Assembly: GCA_963713705.1 (NCBI GenBank) | Contig: CAVQMY010000054.1 | Location: forward strand, 52,314-116,313 | Direction of reading: 5' to 3' | DNA from: an uncultured Verrucomicrobiae bacterium | Lineage (GTDB): Bacteria; Verrucomicrobiota; Verrucomicrobiia; Palsa-1439 | Length of the DNA stretch: 64,000 nucleotides | Shown here: piece after piece, positions 46,927 to 56,106 of the stretch | How positions within the stretch are numbered: the first letter of the stretch is position 1 | Layout: the number at the start of each line of letters is the position of its first letter | Translations under genes and position numbers: made by a program | The notes under the pieces: generated by a model | What the model was told of the DNA's origin: nothing | Database searches by the model: none | What the model saw: only the letters and a program-made list of their open reading frames with translations

Positions 46927-48243
46927 CTAGCAGGGTACTAAAGAAGTCGGGTTGACGGGCCGGTTATACTACGTGGCGAACAGGGAGGGTTTCGCATGCG
47001 TGGACAGATTGATCGGCAAGAGTCGTTGTTTGTGGTCGTTTCGTTGGAGCAGCGGGTGCCCCCGAACCATCCATTGCGGCCCATCAAGCGCCGCTGTGAC
47101 GAACTGTTGGCCCAGATGAATCGGCAGTTTACCCGCGCCTATAGTTCGCTGGGGCGGCCCTCCATTCCGCCGGAGCAATTGCTCAAAGCCCTGCTGCTGC
47201 AAGCGCTGTACTCGATCCGTAGTGAGATCGCCCTGATGGAGCATATCGAGTTCAACCAACTGTATCGGTGGTTCGTGGACTTGCCGTTGGAGCAACGCGC
47301 GTGGACGCCGGAAGTGTTCAGCGTCAACCGTGAGCGTTTTGCCGAGCATGGATTGGTGCAGGCGTTCTTCGATGCGCTGGTGCGCCAAGCGATGCTGGAA
47401 GGCTACGTCAGTGACGAACACTTTACGGTGGACGGCACGTTGCTACGCTCGTGGGCCAGCCTGAAGAGCGTGCAGCCCAAGGACGGCGCCGCGTCCAGCG
47501 AACCGCCCGACGATCCGGGCAATCCGACGGTGAACTTTCATGGGCAGCGTCGCACCAACGACACCCACCAGAGTGCCACCGATCCCCAAGCCCGCTTGGC
47601 GCGCAAGGGCCTGGGCAAGGAGGCGCAGTTGTGCCACAGCGCGCACGTGTTAATGGAGAACCGTCACGGTCTGTGCGTCGGCGTCGCCGTGGATGCCGCG
47701 GACGGACACGCCGAGCGGCGGCAAGCGCGGGCGTTGGTGCGACGCGCCAAACGTCGACAGCGACTGCATCCGCGAACGCTGGGCCTGGATGGCGGTTACC
47801 AGGACGGCAAGTTTCTGGCGCAGTTGGAGCGCACCGGGATCGAACCGCACGTGCCGATTCGCCGGGGGCGCCTCGTGGCCCGGGATGCGGCCAGGGCGGG
47901 CCCGCCACCGAGCACGGCAGCGGATGCGCACGGCGCGCTACCGGGTCAGCCAACGCCTCCGCAAACGGGTCGAAGAAATCTTCGGCTGGTGCAAGACGGT
48001 GGGCCGGCTGGCCCGAACCCGCTTCGTAGGTCGGTGGAAGATTGCCCAAGAGGTCCTGGTGATGGTCAGCGCGTACAACTTGGTGCGACTGGTTCGTTTG
48101 GAGACCAGTTCATGAACCGACCGATTATGTCGAACTGTTGGCTCAACCCGCACGACACTCAGGACAGGGCATCGTTACAGCCCTCCCAAACCGCCATCAC
48201 CCAAACCACTGCCGTAATGCAGACTTCTTTAGTAGCCTGCTAG
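46927..48243 (+). mobile_element. IS5-family insertion sequence, copy 2 (1317 bp), inverted relative to copy 1
   Basis: Ends CTAGCAGGGTACTAAAGAAGT (46927-46947) and ACTTCTTTAGTAGCCTGCTAG (48223-48243), with CTAG at both ends. The internal ORFs are near-identical to copy 1. Confidence 0.85.
46996..48115 (+). pseudogene. IS5-family transposase, copy 2, disrupted by a one-nucleotide insertion
   Basis: The G5 run (47862-47866) carries the frame correctly into ...PIRRGRLVARDAA. An extra A in GCGGCCAGGGCGGG (vs GCGGCCGGGCGGG in copy 1) then throws it out of frame. The E-motif C-terminus (...RKRVEEIFGWCK...SAYNLVRL) sits in ORF 47693..48115, and the 415-aa track ORF has a nonsense tail. Confidence 0.8.
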
Positions 48244-48735
48244 GAAAACACCATCGATCCACTTTTTGAATTCCGCCTCGGAAGCGTCACGCTTGAGCCA
48301 ACTGAAATCATAAACGAATGGACCGTCTTCAACAATCCATTGCCTGACCATGTCGTACAGAGCGTTCCACTGGTAGAACCTGTCGAAGGTATGCTGGATT
48401 GTTTCACGACATTCCGGTGCGAACAGCGCAGGCCGAACACCTCCCCCCAAGTCGGCCCTAAACAAAGGTTCATGACGATTAAATAATTCCCTCACCTCAT
48501 CCATGCTGATGGAGTTCGATTCGCCCACGAAGAACATTGCAGGCCAGCAAAAGAACTCGGGCTTTCTGCTCTTATCTTGCCCGCTGCAAAATTGGCCGGC
48601 GGAGGCAGTGGTTCGCTGGGGGTCAAGGATGACGTCGGTTTGCTCGCGGGGTCTTTCTCTTGGTGTCATGGTCGATCTGCCACGTCGCGCTTGGAAACGC
48701 GGCGCAATGTTACTTCCCGGCAGCGGCGCTGGCAA
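48229..48735 (-). pseudogene. Hypothetical gene whose 3' end is replaced by the IS5 copy-2 terminus
   Basis: It ends ...KKWIDGVF-LAGY*, with LAGY* encoded by the IS end. Joining the two IS flanks through a single CTAG extends it by 16 codons (LGSYGVSLRRFQTSVA*), stopping in a GTGATG context (TGA followed 1 nt later by the ATG of the 46883 ORF). Confidence 0.6.
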
Positions 48736-49318
48736 TGGGATTTATGAAGTGTGAAATTGAGGCTGGGGCACTGCTACAGCCAACGGTCGTGCAGAAGCCC
48801 GACCCTCCGAGCGGAAACGACGGCAAGCCTACAACTCGGAGGGGATTGGCGGCGGATTAGGGGTCGAGGCGTCCACCATTGAAAAAAGACTAGACAGTCT
48901 ACATATGATTGTGTATAGTCGGAGTGGTTTGGAGTTGCTCTTTGACATAGTGGACTAGAGGGCAGGGGAAACGACAGAGATCCCTCGACAAGCTCGGGAT
49001 GACACCGTTGGGAAGGGAAGCTGCGGGCCGGACGACCGGTCCGCGGTCAACGCCCGCGGCTACCCTTCGGCAAGCTCAGGGCAGGCAGGGGGAAAGGGGC
49101 GACGCGAAAGGGTGTTTTTGCGAAACGAACCCAAGCCTATCGAATGGAAAATGCGTCTGAATGAGCTTGTGGGACTGGTGGTTAGAGCTTTTCGATTTGG
49201 GATTTTTGGTTGGGTTCGTCCCCCCTCCGGTTGGGTTCGGTAGACGGGGGTCCGGCAGGGGTTTGTGACCGATTTGACCCTCAAAATGCGCCAAGATGGG
49301 TTGTGCGCCTCGGGCGCG

Positions 49319-50698
49319 TTAACCCGCCGGAGGCGGGTGAGTCTCGTAGCCCAGTTTTTGGAAGTGCTGGAGCTTGTAGAGGAGGGCGCGGCGGCTGATG
49401 CCGAGGGCTTTGGCGGTTTCGGTGCGGTTGAAGTCGTGGTTTGCGAAGCGCCTGGAGGATGGCCTGGCGCTCGACTTCTTCGAGTTGCTCGGCGTTGCCT
49501 GATGCGGCGGTGCCGGGTCGGCCGGCGGCCTCGCGAACGCGCGCGGGCAGGTGCTCGGGCAGAATCAGTTCGCTGCGGGAAAGCAGCACGGCCCGTTCCA
49601 TCGCGTTGCGCAGTTCGCGGACGTTGCCCGGCCAGGAATAGCCCTCGAGGCAGGCCGTGACCGTCTCCGAAAACCGCGCGCGGCCCTTGGCGAATTCCGC
49701 AATGAACAAGCCCGCCAGCGGCAGGATGTCCTCGCGCCGCTCGCGCAACGGCGGAACGTTCAGCTCCACCACGTTCAGCCGGTAGAACAGGTCCTCGCGG
49801 AACCGGCCGTTTTTGACCTCCTCCTCGAGGTTGCGATTGCTGGCGGCGAGGATGCGGGCGTTGGTCCGGATTTCGCGGTTGGAGCCGACGCGCTGAAACC
49901 GTCCGTCCTGGGTCACGCGCAGCAGCTTGGCCTGGAGCTGCGGGGACATCTCGGCGATTTCATCGAGAAAAATCGTGCCGTCGTTCGCTTCCTCAAAACG
50001 GCCGATGCGCTGGGCGTGCGCGCCGGTGAACGAGCCGCTTTCGTGCCCGAACAATTCGCTTTCCAGCAGCGTTTCGGGGATGGCGGCGCAATTGACCTTG
50101 ACCAGCGGGCCGGCGCGCGCGTGCTCCAGGCATGAATGACATCGGCCAGCACTTCCTTGCCGACGCCGCTTTCGCCGGTGATCAGCACGCGCGTTTCCGA
50201 CGGCGCGACCAGCGAGACGTCGCGAAACACGGCCTGCATCAGCGGGCTGTTGGCGACGACGTGCGCGGGCAATTGGCGGTCCTCGTCGTAGCGCAGCGGG
50301 GTGGACTTGGAGATGCCGGTGGCTTGCTGCACCGACGCGAGCAATTCATCCAGATCAATCGGCTTGGCGAGATAATTGACCGCGCCGTCGCGCATGGCGC
50401 CGACGGCTTCGCGAATGTCGGCATAGGCGGTGACGAGCAGGACCGGCAGGGTGGCGTTGATCTGGCGCGCGCGGCGCAGCGTTTCCAGACCGGTCAGGCC
50501 CGGCATCCGCACGTCGGAAATCATCATGGCGATGTTGCCGTCGCGCAGCATTTCCAGGGCGCGCTCGCCCGATTCCACGACCGTGGTTTGAAACCCCTGG
50601 CTCCGCAAAAATGAATCGAGCAGGCTGCGCTGGCCTGCATCATCATCCACAATCAGGATGCGCACCGTTGGTTCGGTGCCCGATGCCGGTGTTTTCAA
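49319..50698 (-). pseudogene. NtrC-family sigma54-dependent response regulator (REC-AAA+-HTH) with two frame changes
   Basis: REC: RILIVDDDAGQRS...MMISDVRMPG...AKPIDL. AAA+: [19 protein letters not shown] then a shift in an AGCACGCGCGCGCC tract (~50125) to ...[29 protein letters not shown]...[17 protein letters not shown]...[11 protein letters not shown] second shift at ~49460 leads to [27 protein letters not shown]...*, with the stop at 49319. Confidence 0.8.
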
Positions 50699-52243
50699 TT
50701 CTTTCCCGCGAGTTTTAAATGTGCCACACGGAAGATAGCACCTTTCGGCTCGTTGGGAAGGCATTCAATTTCCCAGCCGTGGGCGTGCACGATCTGCTGG
50801 ACGACCGTCAGTCCCAGCCCGGTTCCCTTGGGCTGCGTGGTGAAATACGGCTTGAAGATTTCCTTGCGGCGGTCGGCTGGCACGCCCGGCCCGTTGTCGC
50901 GAATCTCCAGCACGGCCTCCGAGGCATTCGGGCGCGCCATGACGATTTGAATGACGCCGCCGGGCGTCGACGGCTTGAATGGCGTTGAGGAGCAGATTGA
51001 ACAGCGCCTGGCGCAGCAATTGTTCGTCCGCCTCGATCGAGAGCGACTCGCCCTTGATTTCGACCTGGACACGTTTCTCCTCAATATCGTACCCCAACGC
51101 GCGAACCACTTCACTCACCGCCGACGAAAGCGCCAGTGGGGAGCGCCGCACTTCGCGGGGCCGGGAATAATTGATGAATTCATTGAGCTGCACCGTGACT
51201 TTGTCGGTTTCGTCCACGATGGCGCGCGATTTCTCACGGATTTCCGCTGGCGCGTCGGCTTGTTTGGAAATCATCTGCGCCAGTCCGCGGATGATGTTGA
51301 GCGGGTTGCGCGTTTCGTGAGCGAGGCCGGCCGCCGCGAGATTCATTTCCTTGAGATGGGTGGTCAATTCACTGGCGCGCACCAGCCGGAGTTGGAGATC
51401 GGAAGACGTGGTGAGGTTGCGCCAGGCCAGTCCCGAGCCGACAGCCGAGACGGTGGCCAGCAATCCGATGATGCATCGCAACCAGAGATCTTGTCGGCTT
51501 GCGGCCAGCACGGGTTGGGTGGACATAACAATAACAAAGCTGCGCACACCCTGCTTTTGAAGCATCGCGTTGTAAACTTCCTCGCTCATCCACGGGGGGC
51601 GACCAAGCCGTGGCCGGCCCGAACCGCCGCGGAACCACGGCCAGTTCGTGGAAGAACCGGATGGCGGCGGTTCCGCAGCCTCATTCGTCGCCGTGGGGGC
51701 ACGGTTCGATTCCTCTTCGGGTGGTGGAGGCCCCGGCGGTGGCTCTGGTGGCGGACCGCCAGCGACCCGGTTGGTATCGGACGGACGGAAAAACTCGTCT
51801 CGGGTCAAAACAATCGGCGGGCGGCTACTCTCGATGTCTCTGGTTACGTTTGTCCCGAGGTCCACGAGGTTCATCAAGGTGACCGTTTGTTCGTCCCAGC
51901 GCTCGGCGGGTCCCTCGACACCTTTTGTTTGGAAATCGGCGAGCATTCCGGCTGAGGCCACGACGTCTCCGGCGGCATTGAGGAGGGCGATCCCGTTTAG
52001 TTCACCGGGCCTGACCAGATCGTGGAGCGCGGATTCCAACCGCTCCTTGGAAAGGACCCCAAAACGACGTTGCGACCGAAGCACGATGCCGAGCGTGGTG
52101 GAAATGTCCTGGGCCCGGTAGATCAACTGCGCCCGCGCGGCGCGGCGCACACGGAAATGCTCGGCCGTCTGCCAGGCCAACACCAAGACCCACGCGGCCA
52201 GCAGTAATCCATAGATCAACGTGCTGCGGCGGCCTATGTCCAT
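50695..52243 (-). pseudogene. Sensor histidine kinase with one frame change between the N and G boxes (~50970)
   Basis: Two TM segments flank a Pro-rich periplasmic region. H box AAAGLAHETRNPLN. ...LRQALFNLLLNAIQAV then shifts to ...PGGVIQIVMARPNASEAVLEIRDNGPGVP...FKPYFTTQPKGTGLGLTVV (ORF 50695..51114). Confidence 0.8.
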
Positions 52244-52266
52244 GCGCGGCGTTCCATATTGCCTGG

Positions 52267-53535
52267 TTATTGAACCGTGGCGGAGGAGATCGACTTTCCG
52301 CCCTTCGATTGCTTTTTCGGCATCTTGTCGAGAAATCTATCCAATTCCTGCTCGGAATACGACTTGGGAATCAAAGAACGCGCCCTTTCCGTGGCGGAGA
52401 GCGCAACCAGTTGCGTCGGAGCCTGGACCACGTACGGCGTCAGGAAAATCAAGAGTTCCTGACGAGAGTTGCTGGCGACCCTCCGCTTGAAAACATTCCC
52501 GAGAAACGGAATGTCCCCCAAGATGGGAATTTTCTGCTCGGAGGAAGACTTGTCGCGCTCCATCAGGCCGCCGATGACAACGGTTTGCCCGCTGGGAGTG
52601 ATGGCCACGGTGTTGGCGGAAACCGTGTCAATGACCGGAGCGTTGACCCCCTGGGCGATGGGAACCGTTAGCGTTGGGTCAATGGATGAGTCCTGCGGCG
52701 CAACGATCATCTGGACCATGCCATCGCTGGTAATGTACGGTGTCACCGTCAGAATAATTCCCACGTCCGTGTACGTGACGGAGTTGATGGGAGCGCCGGA
52801 GATCGAGTTGTAGCTCACGCTGGTGATCAAGGGAACATATTGTCCTACCACGACACTGGCCGGCTGATTGTTCCGCGCCAGAATGGAAGGACGAGAAAGC
52901 ACCTCGGCTTTTCCCGTCGCGGCAATGGCCCGCAGTGTCGCCTGAAAATCGTTTCCGAGGATTTGGTACATCCCAGCGCCCGCACCCGCCGTAAAGGGCG
53001 CGATGGCCGAAAAACTCTGGATGGGCATCCCAAAAACATTCGACACGGGTGCGTTGGAACCCGTGCCGGAACCGAGGCTGGACAGTCCAAATGAATTAGC
53101 TACCGCCCCCGTCATCGATGCGCCGATTCCTCTCATCCAGCCACCTTCCACGCCGATGTCCGTTGCGTCGCTATGCGTAACCTGCAAAAAGACGACTTTG
53201 ATCAGGACCTGGGGTTGTGGACGGTCCAAGTTGGAAATGACGGCGCTGATATTTCGGGTGGTATCATCGTCGGCCAGGATCGTAATGTTGTGCGTATCCG
53301 GGTCGTACGAAATCGTGGCGTTGCCCACCGTGCCGTTGCCGTTGTATTGCTGGCTGCCGGTGGTTGTGCCGCTACGGTTGGCGCCCCCCCCCCCGCCCCC
53401 AAACCCGCCAAAACCACCGCCCGCACCGGCGGGGCGTTGCGCCTGCTGTTGGGCGTGGATTTCACTTGACGCGCACAAACAAAGACCAAGAATGAGCGCG
53501 AGTCGACATTTCGATTTCAAGAATTTGGTATTCAT
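52267..53535 (-). CDS. gspD: Secretin-domain outer-membrane protein (one N3-like domain plus secretin core) with its own signal peptide
   Basis: MNTKFLKSKCRLALILGLCLCASSEIHA; Gly-rich linker; ISYDPDTHNITILADDDTTRNISAVISNLD; secretin core ...LSRPSILARNNQPASVVVGQYVPL...VTYTDVGIILTVTPYITSDGMVQM...VVIGGLMERDKSSSEQKIPILGDIPFLGNVFK...ELLIFLTPYVV. Confidence 0.85.
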   Translation of the reverse strand: MNTKFLKSKCRLALILGLCLCASSEIHAQQQAQRPAGAGGGFGGFGGGGGGANRSGTTTGSQQYNGNGTVGNATISYDPDTHNITILADDDTTRNISAVISNLDRPQPQVLIKVVFLQVTHSDATDIGVEGGWMRGIGASMTGAVANSFGLSSLGSGTGSNAPVSNVFGMPIQSFSAIAPFTAGAGAGMYQILGNDFQATLRAIAATGKAEVLSRPSILARNNQPASVVVGQYVPLITSVSYNSISGAPINSVTYTDVGIILTVTPYITSDGMVQMIVAPQDSSIDPTLTVPIAQGVNAPVIDTVSANTVAITPSGQTVVIGGLMERDKSSSEQKIPILGDIPFLGNVFKRRVASNSRQELLIFLTPYVVQAPTQLVALSATERARSLIPKSYSEQELDRFLDKMPKKQSKGGKSISSATVQ

Positions 53536-53573
53536 AGGTTCCTTGCGATTACATGCTTGGTGTTACACGTTCG

Positions 53574-54989
53574 TTAGAACGAAGTTCCTCCGAGTCCGCT
53601 ACGCGACGATGATCCCAGGCTCGAGCTTCCCAGTCCCGAGCTGGAGGTCGTGCTGCCGGTATTCTGTTGAATCCGACTCTGCAGCGGACTGACCTGTGTC
53701 TGGCTGCTCTTCGTTGAGTTCTGACTCTGGAACATGTCTTGCAATACCGACTCCACTTGCTGCGGATCGGCGTTTTCCAGATGAACGACGCTCACGTGTG
53801 GCACCCTCGGCGAATCCTGATCGAGTTGCTCGACCATGCTCGCGATTTGTTCCATCATGTCTTTCGACGCGGTGACCGCCACGGAGGACGTGCGCGGATC
53901 GGCCACGGCAACGACCTCTTGCCGCTTCTTGATGCGGGCCGCCTGACCGTTGGCGGGCGTGCTGGCCGCGGCGCTGGCCGCCGCCGCACGTGCAGCAAAC
54001 CCACCGAAACCGCCTCCGCCAAAACCGCCGCCGGGGCCACCAAACCGTATCGGGGTCTGGCTGCCGCTCGTATTGCTCTGTCCGGAGAACAATCCCGTCA
54101 ACAGGCTGGCGATCTCCACCGGGTCATGGTGTTTCAAATGAAACACCCGCAATTCGGTCTCGTCCTCGGCGCTCGAATCGATCGCCTTGATGATCTCCAC
54201 CAGATGCCGAATATTGGCCTGGGTATCGGTCACGGCGATGGAATTACCGGCTTCATTGGCAACGATCGTCGCGTGCGAGGACACCATCGGCGACAGGTCC
54301 TTCACGAGTTGCTCCGCTTCCACGAAACGGATGGGAATGATTTGCGTGACGATTTCGTCGTTCTTCGGAATGGCGTCCGGGTTGTTGCCGGTTTTGACCG
54401 GGATGTCGCCGTGGATCGCCTCGTCCTTGCTCACGATGGTCAGCGTCCGCCCGTTTCGAATGGCGGCGTATCCATTCTTGTTCAGCATGGAGTTCAACAA
54501 ATCAACCGCCTCGTCCTTGGTTACGGGATGGGTGCTCCACACATCCACTTTGCCCTTTACGGGAGTATCCACTTCGATAATGAAGCCCGCTGCGTCGCTG
54601 AGATAACTCAACACCAGATCGATTGGCGCGTTGTGAAAATTCAAGTACAACCCCTTCCCAACGCCTGTGTCCTCGGGTGTGGATGCGGACGAAGACACGC
54701 CCTGCTCCCCGGCGGCATTGGGTTCCGTGGTGGCGGATGAATTCCCCGTCGCGGGCTCGGGTTGGATGGGTGCCGGGGAAGTCGCCATGCCCTGGTCCGC
54801 TTCTGCGGCCTGTGTTTCCTCTGGTTGCGGCGCGGCGGCCGAGGGCTCTGCCTGGACGGGCACGCTGTTGCTCACGGTGTCGGCTGGCTGTGGTTCGGGA
54901 GCCGGCGACTGCCCGGTTTGCGCGCGCGTCGTTAGCACAATCCCGAAAGCACAACTGGTGGCCAGAATTCGAAAAATAACGGTTCTCAT
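53574..54989 (-). CDS. Secretin N-domain protein (N0/N1/N2-like repeats) lacking a secretin core
   Basis: Signal peptide MRTVIFRILATSCAFGIVLTTRAQ. ...LNFHNAPIDLVLSYLSDAAGFIIEVD..., ...IIPIRFVEAEQLVKDLSPMVS..ATIVANEAGNSIAVTDTQANIRHLVEIIKAID..., ...RVFHLKHHDPVEIASLLTGLF... It ends in a Ser/Gly-rich tail with its own stop, 38 nt before the next gene. Confidence 0.75.
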   Translation of the reverse strand: MRTVIFRILATSCAFGIVLTTRAQTGQSPAPEPQPADTVSNSVPVQAEPSAAAPQPEETQAAEADQGMATSPAPIQPEPATGNSSATTEPNAAGEQGVSSSASTPEDTGVGKGLYLNFHNAPIDLVLSYLSDAAGFIIEVDTPVKGKVDVWSTHPVTKDEAVDLLNSMLNKNGYAAIRNGRTLTIVSKDEAIHGDIPVKTGNNPDAIPKNDEIVTQIIPIRFVEAEQLVKDLSPMVSSHATIVANEAGNSIAVTDTQANIRHLVEIIKAIDSSAEDETELRVFHLKHHDPVEIASLLTGLFSGQSNTSGSQTPIRFGGPGGGFGGGGFGGFAARAAAASAAASTPANGQAARIKKRQEVVAVADPRTSSVAVTASKDMMEQIASMVEQLDQDSPRVPHVSVVHLENADPQQVESVLQDMFQSQNSTKSSQTQVSPLQSRIQQNTGSTTSSSGLGSSSLGSSSRSGLGGTSF

Positions 54990-55576
54990 TGTAACTCCTG
55001 TTCTCTCTGTTTCATCAGCCGCTTGAGGACATCGTTGCCCCCGCTGTCGGAATCGCTGGCCGCCGTCTCGGTTGGCGCCACATCCGCGTTCTCCGTCGTC
55101 TCGACTGGCAATTCACTCGTGGCCGCCAACTGCCAGGCCCCTTTTTCTTCGCGCCGCATTTGTGTCCCGACCTTCATCACCAACTGCTTGTCGCCATTCG
55201 CCAGTTTCACGGCCGTTGGCGTGATGTTGGTCACCTTGTAACCGGCGATCGTGCCGGCGTTTTGCACGACCCTCCGGTAGTCGGAACTTGTGCCGTCAAA
55301 AAACGCGAACGTGCCCTTGGCGTAGCTCATCGTGCCGACGAGTGAAAACGCATCCGCCACCGGTTGCGGCCGATTCCCATGCTTATGTCGTGCGGTCCGG
55401 TTCGGGTTGAAAATATTCCTCTCGCTAATGACCTGGAAATTGGAGAAGTCCACCTGGCTCGTGCGGTTCGTCTGCTGGGCTCGGGCGGCGAAGTCCCCGG
55501 CCATCACCAGCGCCGCAATCGCGAGAATCTTGCACACGCGAGTCTTTCTTCCGATGGTTGTTGGCTTCCGGTTCAT
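54986..55576 (-). CDS. PilP/GspC-like periplasmic T2SS component
   Basis: From ATG 55576: MNRKPTTIGRKTRVCKILAIAALVMAG... then ...FSLVGTMSYAKGTFAFFDGTSSDYRRVVQNAGTIAGYKVTNITPTAVKLANGDKQLVMKVG (HR/PilP-like beta domain). The start overlaps the upstream stop (ATGA). Confidence 0.5.
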   Translation of the reverse strand: MNRKPTTIGRKTRVCKILAIAALVMAGDFAARAQQTNRTSQVDFSNFQVISERNIFNPNRTARHKHGNRPQPVADAFSLVGTMSYAKGTFAFFDGTSSDYRRVVQNAGTIAGYKVTNITPTAVKLANGDKQLVMKVGTQMRREEKGAWQLAATSELPVETTENADVAPTETAASDSDSGGNDVLKRLMKQREQELQ

Positions 55577-56106
55577 TGGGTTTGTGGTGTCAATACAAGG
55601 CCGCTCACTTCCAGCGCCAAGCTCAACTGCTGGCCGATGGTGTCGTGCGAGCTCAACTCTGCCGACACCACCTTCAAGGCCATCGGCCCCTTTTCGACCG
55701 CGTACAAAAATTGCGCCAGCGTCGTCATGTCGCCCGTGGCGTCCACCCGACACTCCAGCGTCATGTAGTCGTCCGCGTCGTGTTTCCATTGAGGCGTGAT
55801 TGACGTAACGCTCACCCGGCTCTGTTGTGACCACGTATCAACTGCCTTGAGCATCTGCTGCTCGGCCAGCGAGGCGTTGTTCGTCAGCGTGTTCGTCCGC
55901 ATTTCATCCCAGCGACGGCGAATAAGCTGTTCCCGCTGCAGTAACGACGACCCCTGAGCGATCTCCTGGTGGAGTTCGGCGATTCCTTTGGATCGTGCCT
56001 GCCAGAGATGCGTCAGCGGCGTGAACACAAACCAGTCGGAAATCAAGAGCCCGAGACCGGAAATGGCGAGGATCGCCAGGAGTCGTTGGCGCTGGTTAAT
56101 TCGCAC
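55573..56106 (-). CDS. gspM: GspM/PilO-like inner-membrane T2SS component
   Basis: GTG 56106 is preceded by GGAGG. It has a single TM segment (LLAILAISGLGLLISDWFVF), a coiled coil and a ferredoxin-like C-terminus. The call rests on position in the operon. Confidence 0.5.
   Translation of the reverse strand: MRINQRQRLLAILAISGLGLLISDWFVFTPLTHLWQARSKGIAELHQEIAQGSSLLQREQLIRRRWDEMRTNTLTNNASLAEQQMLKAVDTWSQQSRVSVTSITPQWKHDADDYMTLECRVDATGDMTTLAQFLYAVEKGPMALKVVSAELSSHDTIGQQLSLALEVSGLVLTPQTQ

Noticed and set aside
7950-48243. An IS5-mediated inversion of the 37.7-kb segment having already happened, or a proven composite transposon
   Set aside because: Both copies have CTAG on both sides, which is uninformative. 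The flanks of copy 2 splice into a sensible ORF ending in a GTGATG context at the next gene start, and the flanks of copy 1 (with IS630) splice into a sensible convergent gene junction. This favours two independent simple insertions. There is no outer duplication distinct from CTAG to support composite transposition.
46996-48243. 415-aa track ORF as an intact IS5 transposase
   Set aside because: Its last ~130 aa (RAGPPPSTAADAHGALPGQ...) are an out-of-frame read-through. The conserved E-motif C-terminus lies in ORF 47693..48115.
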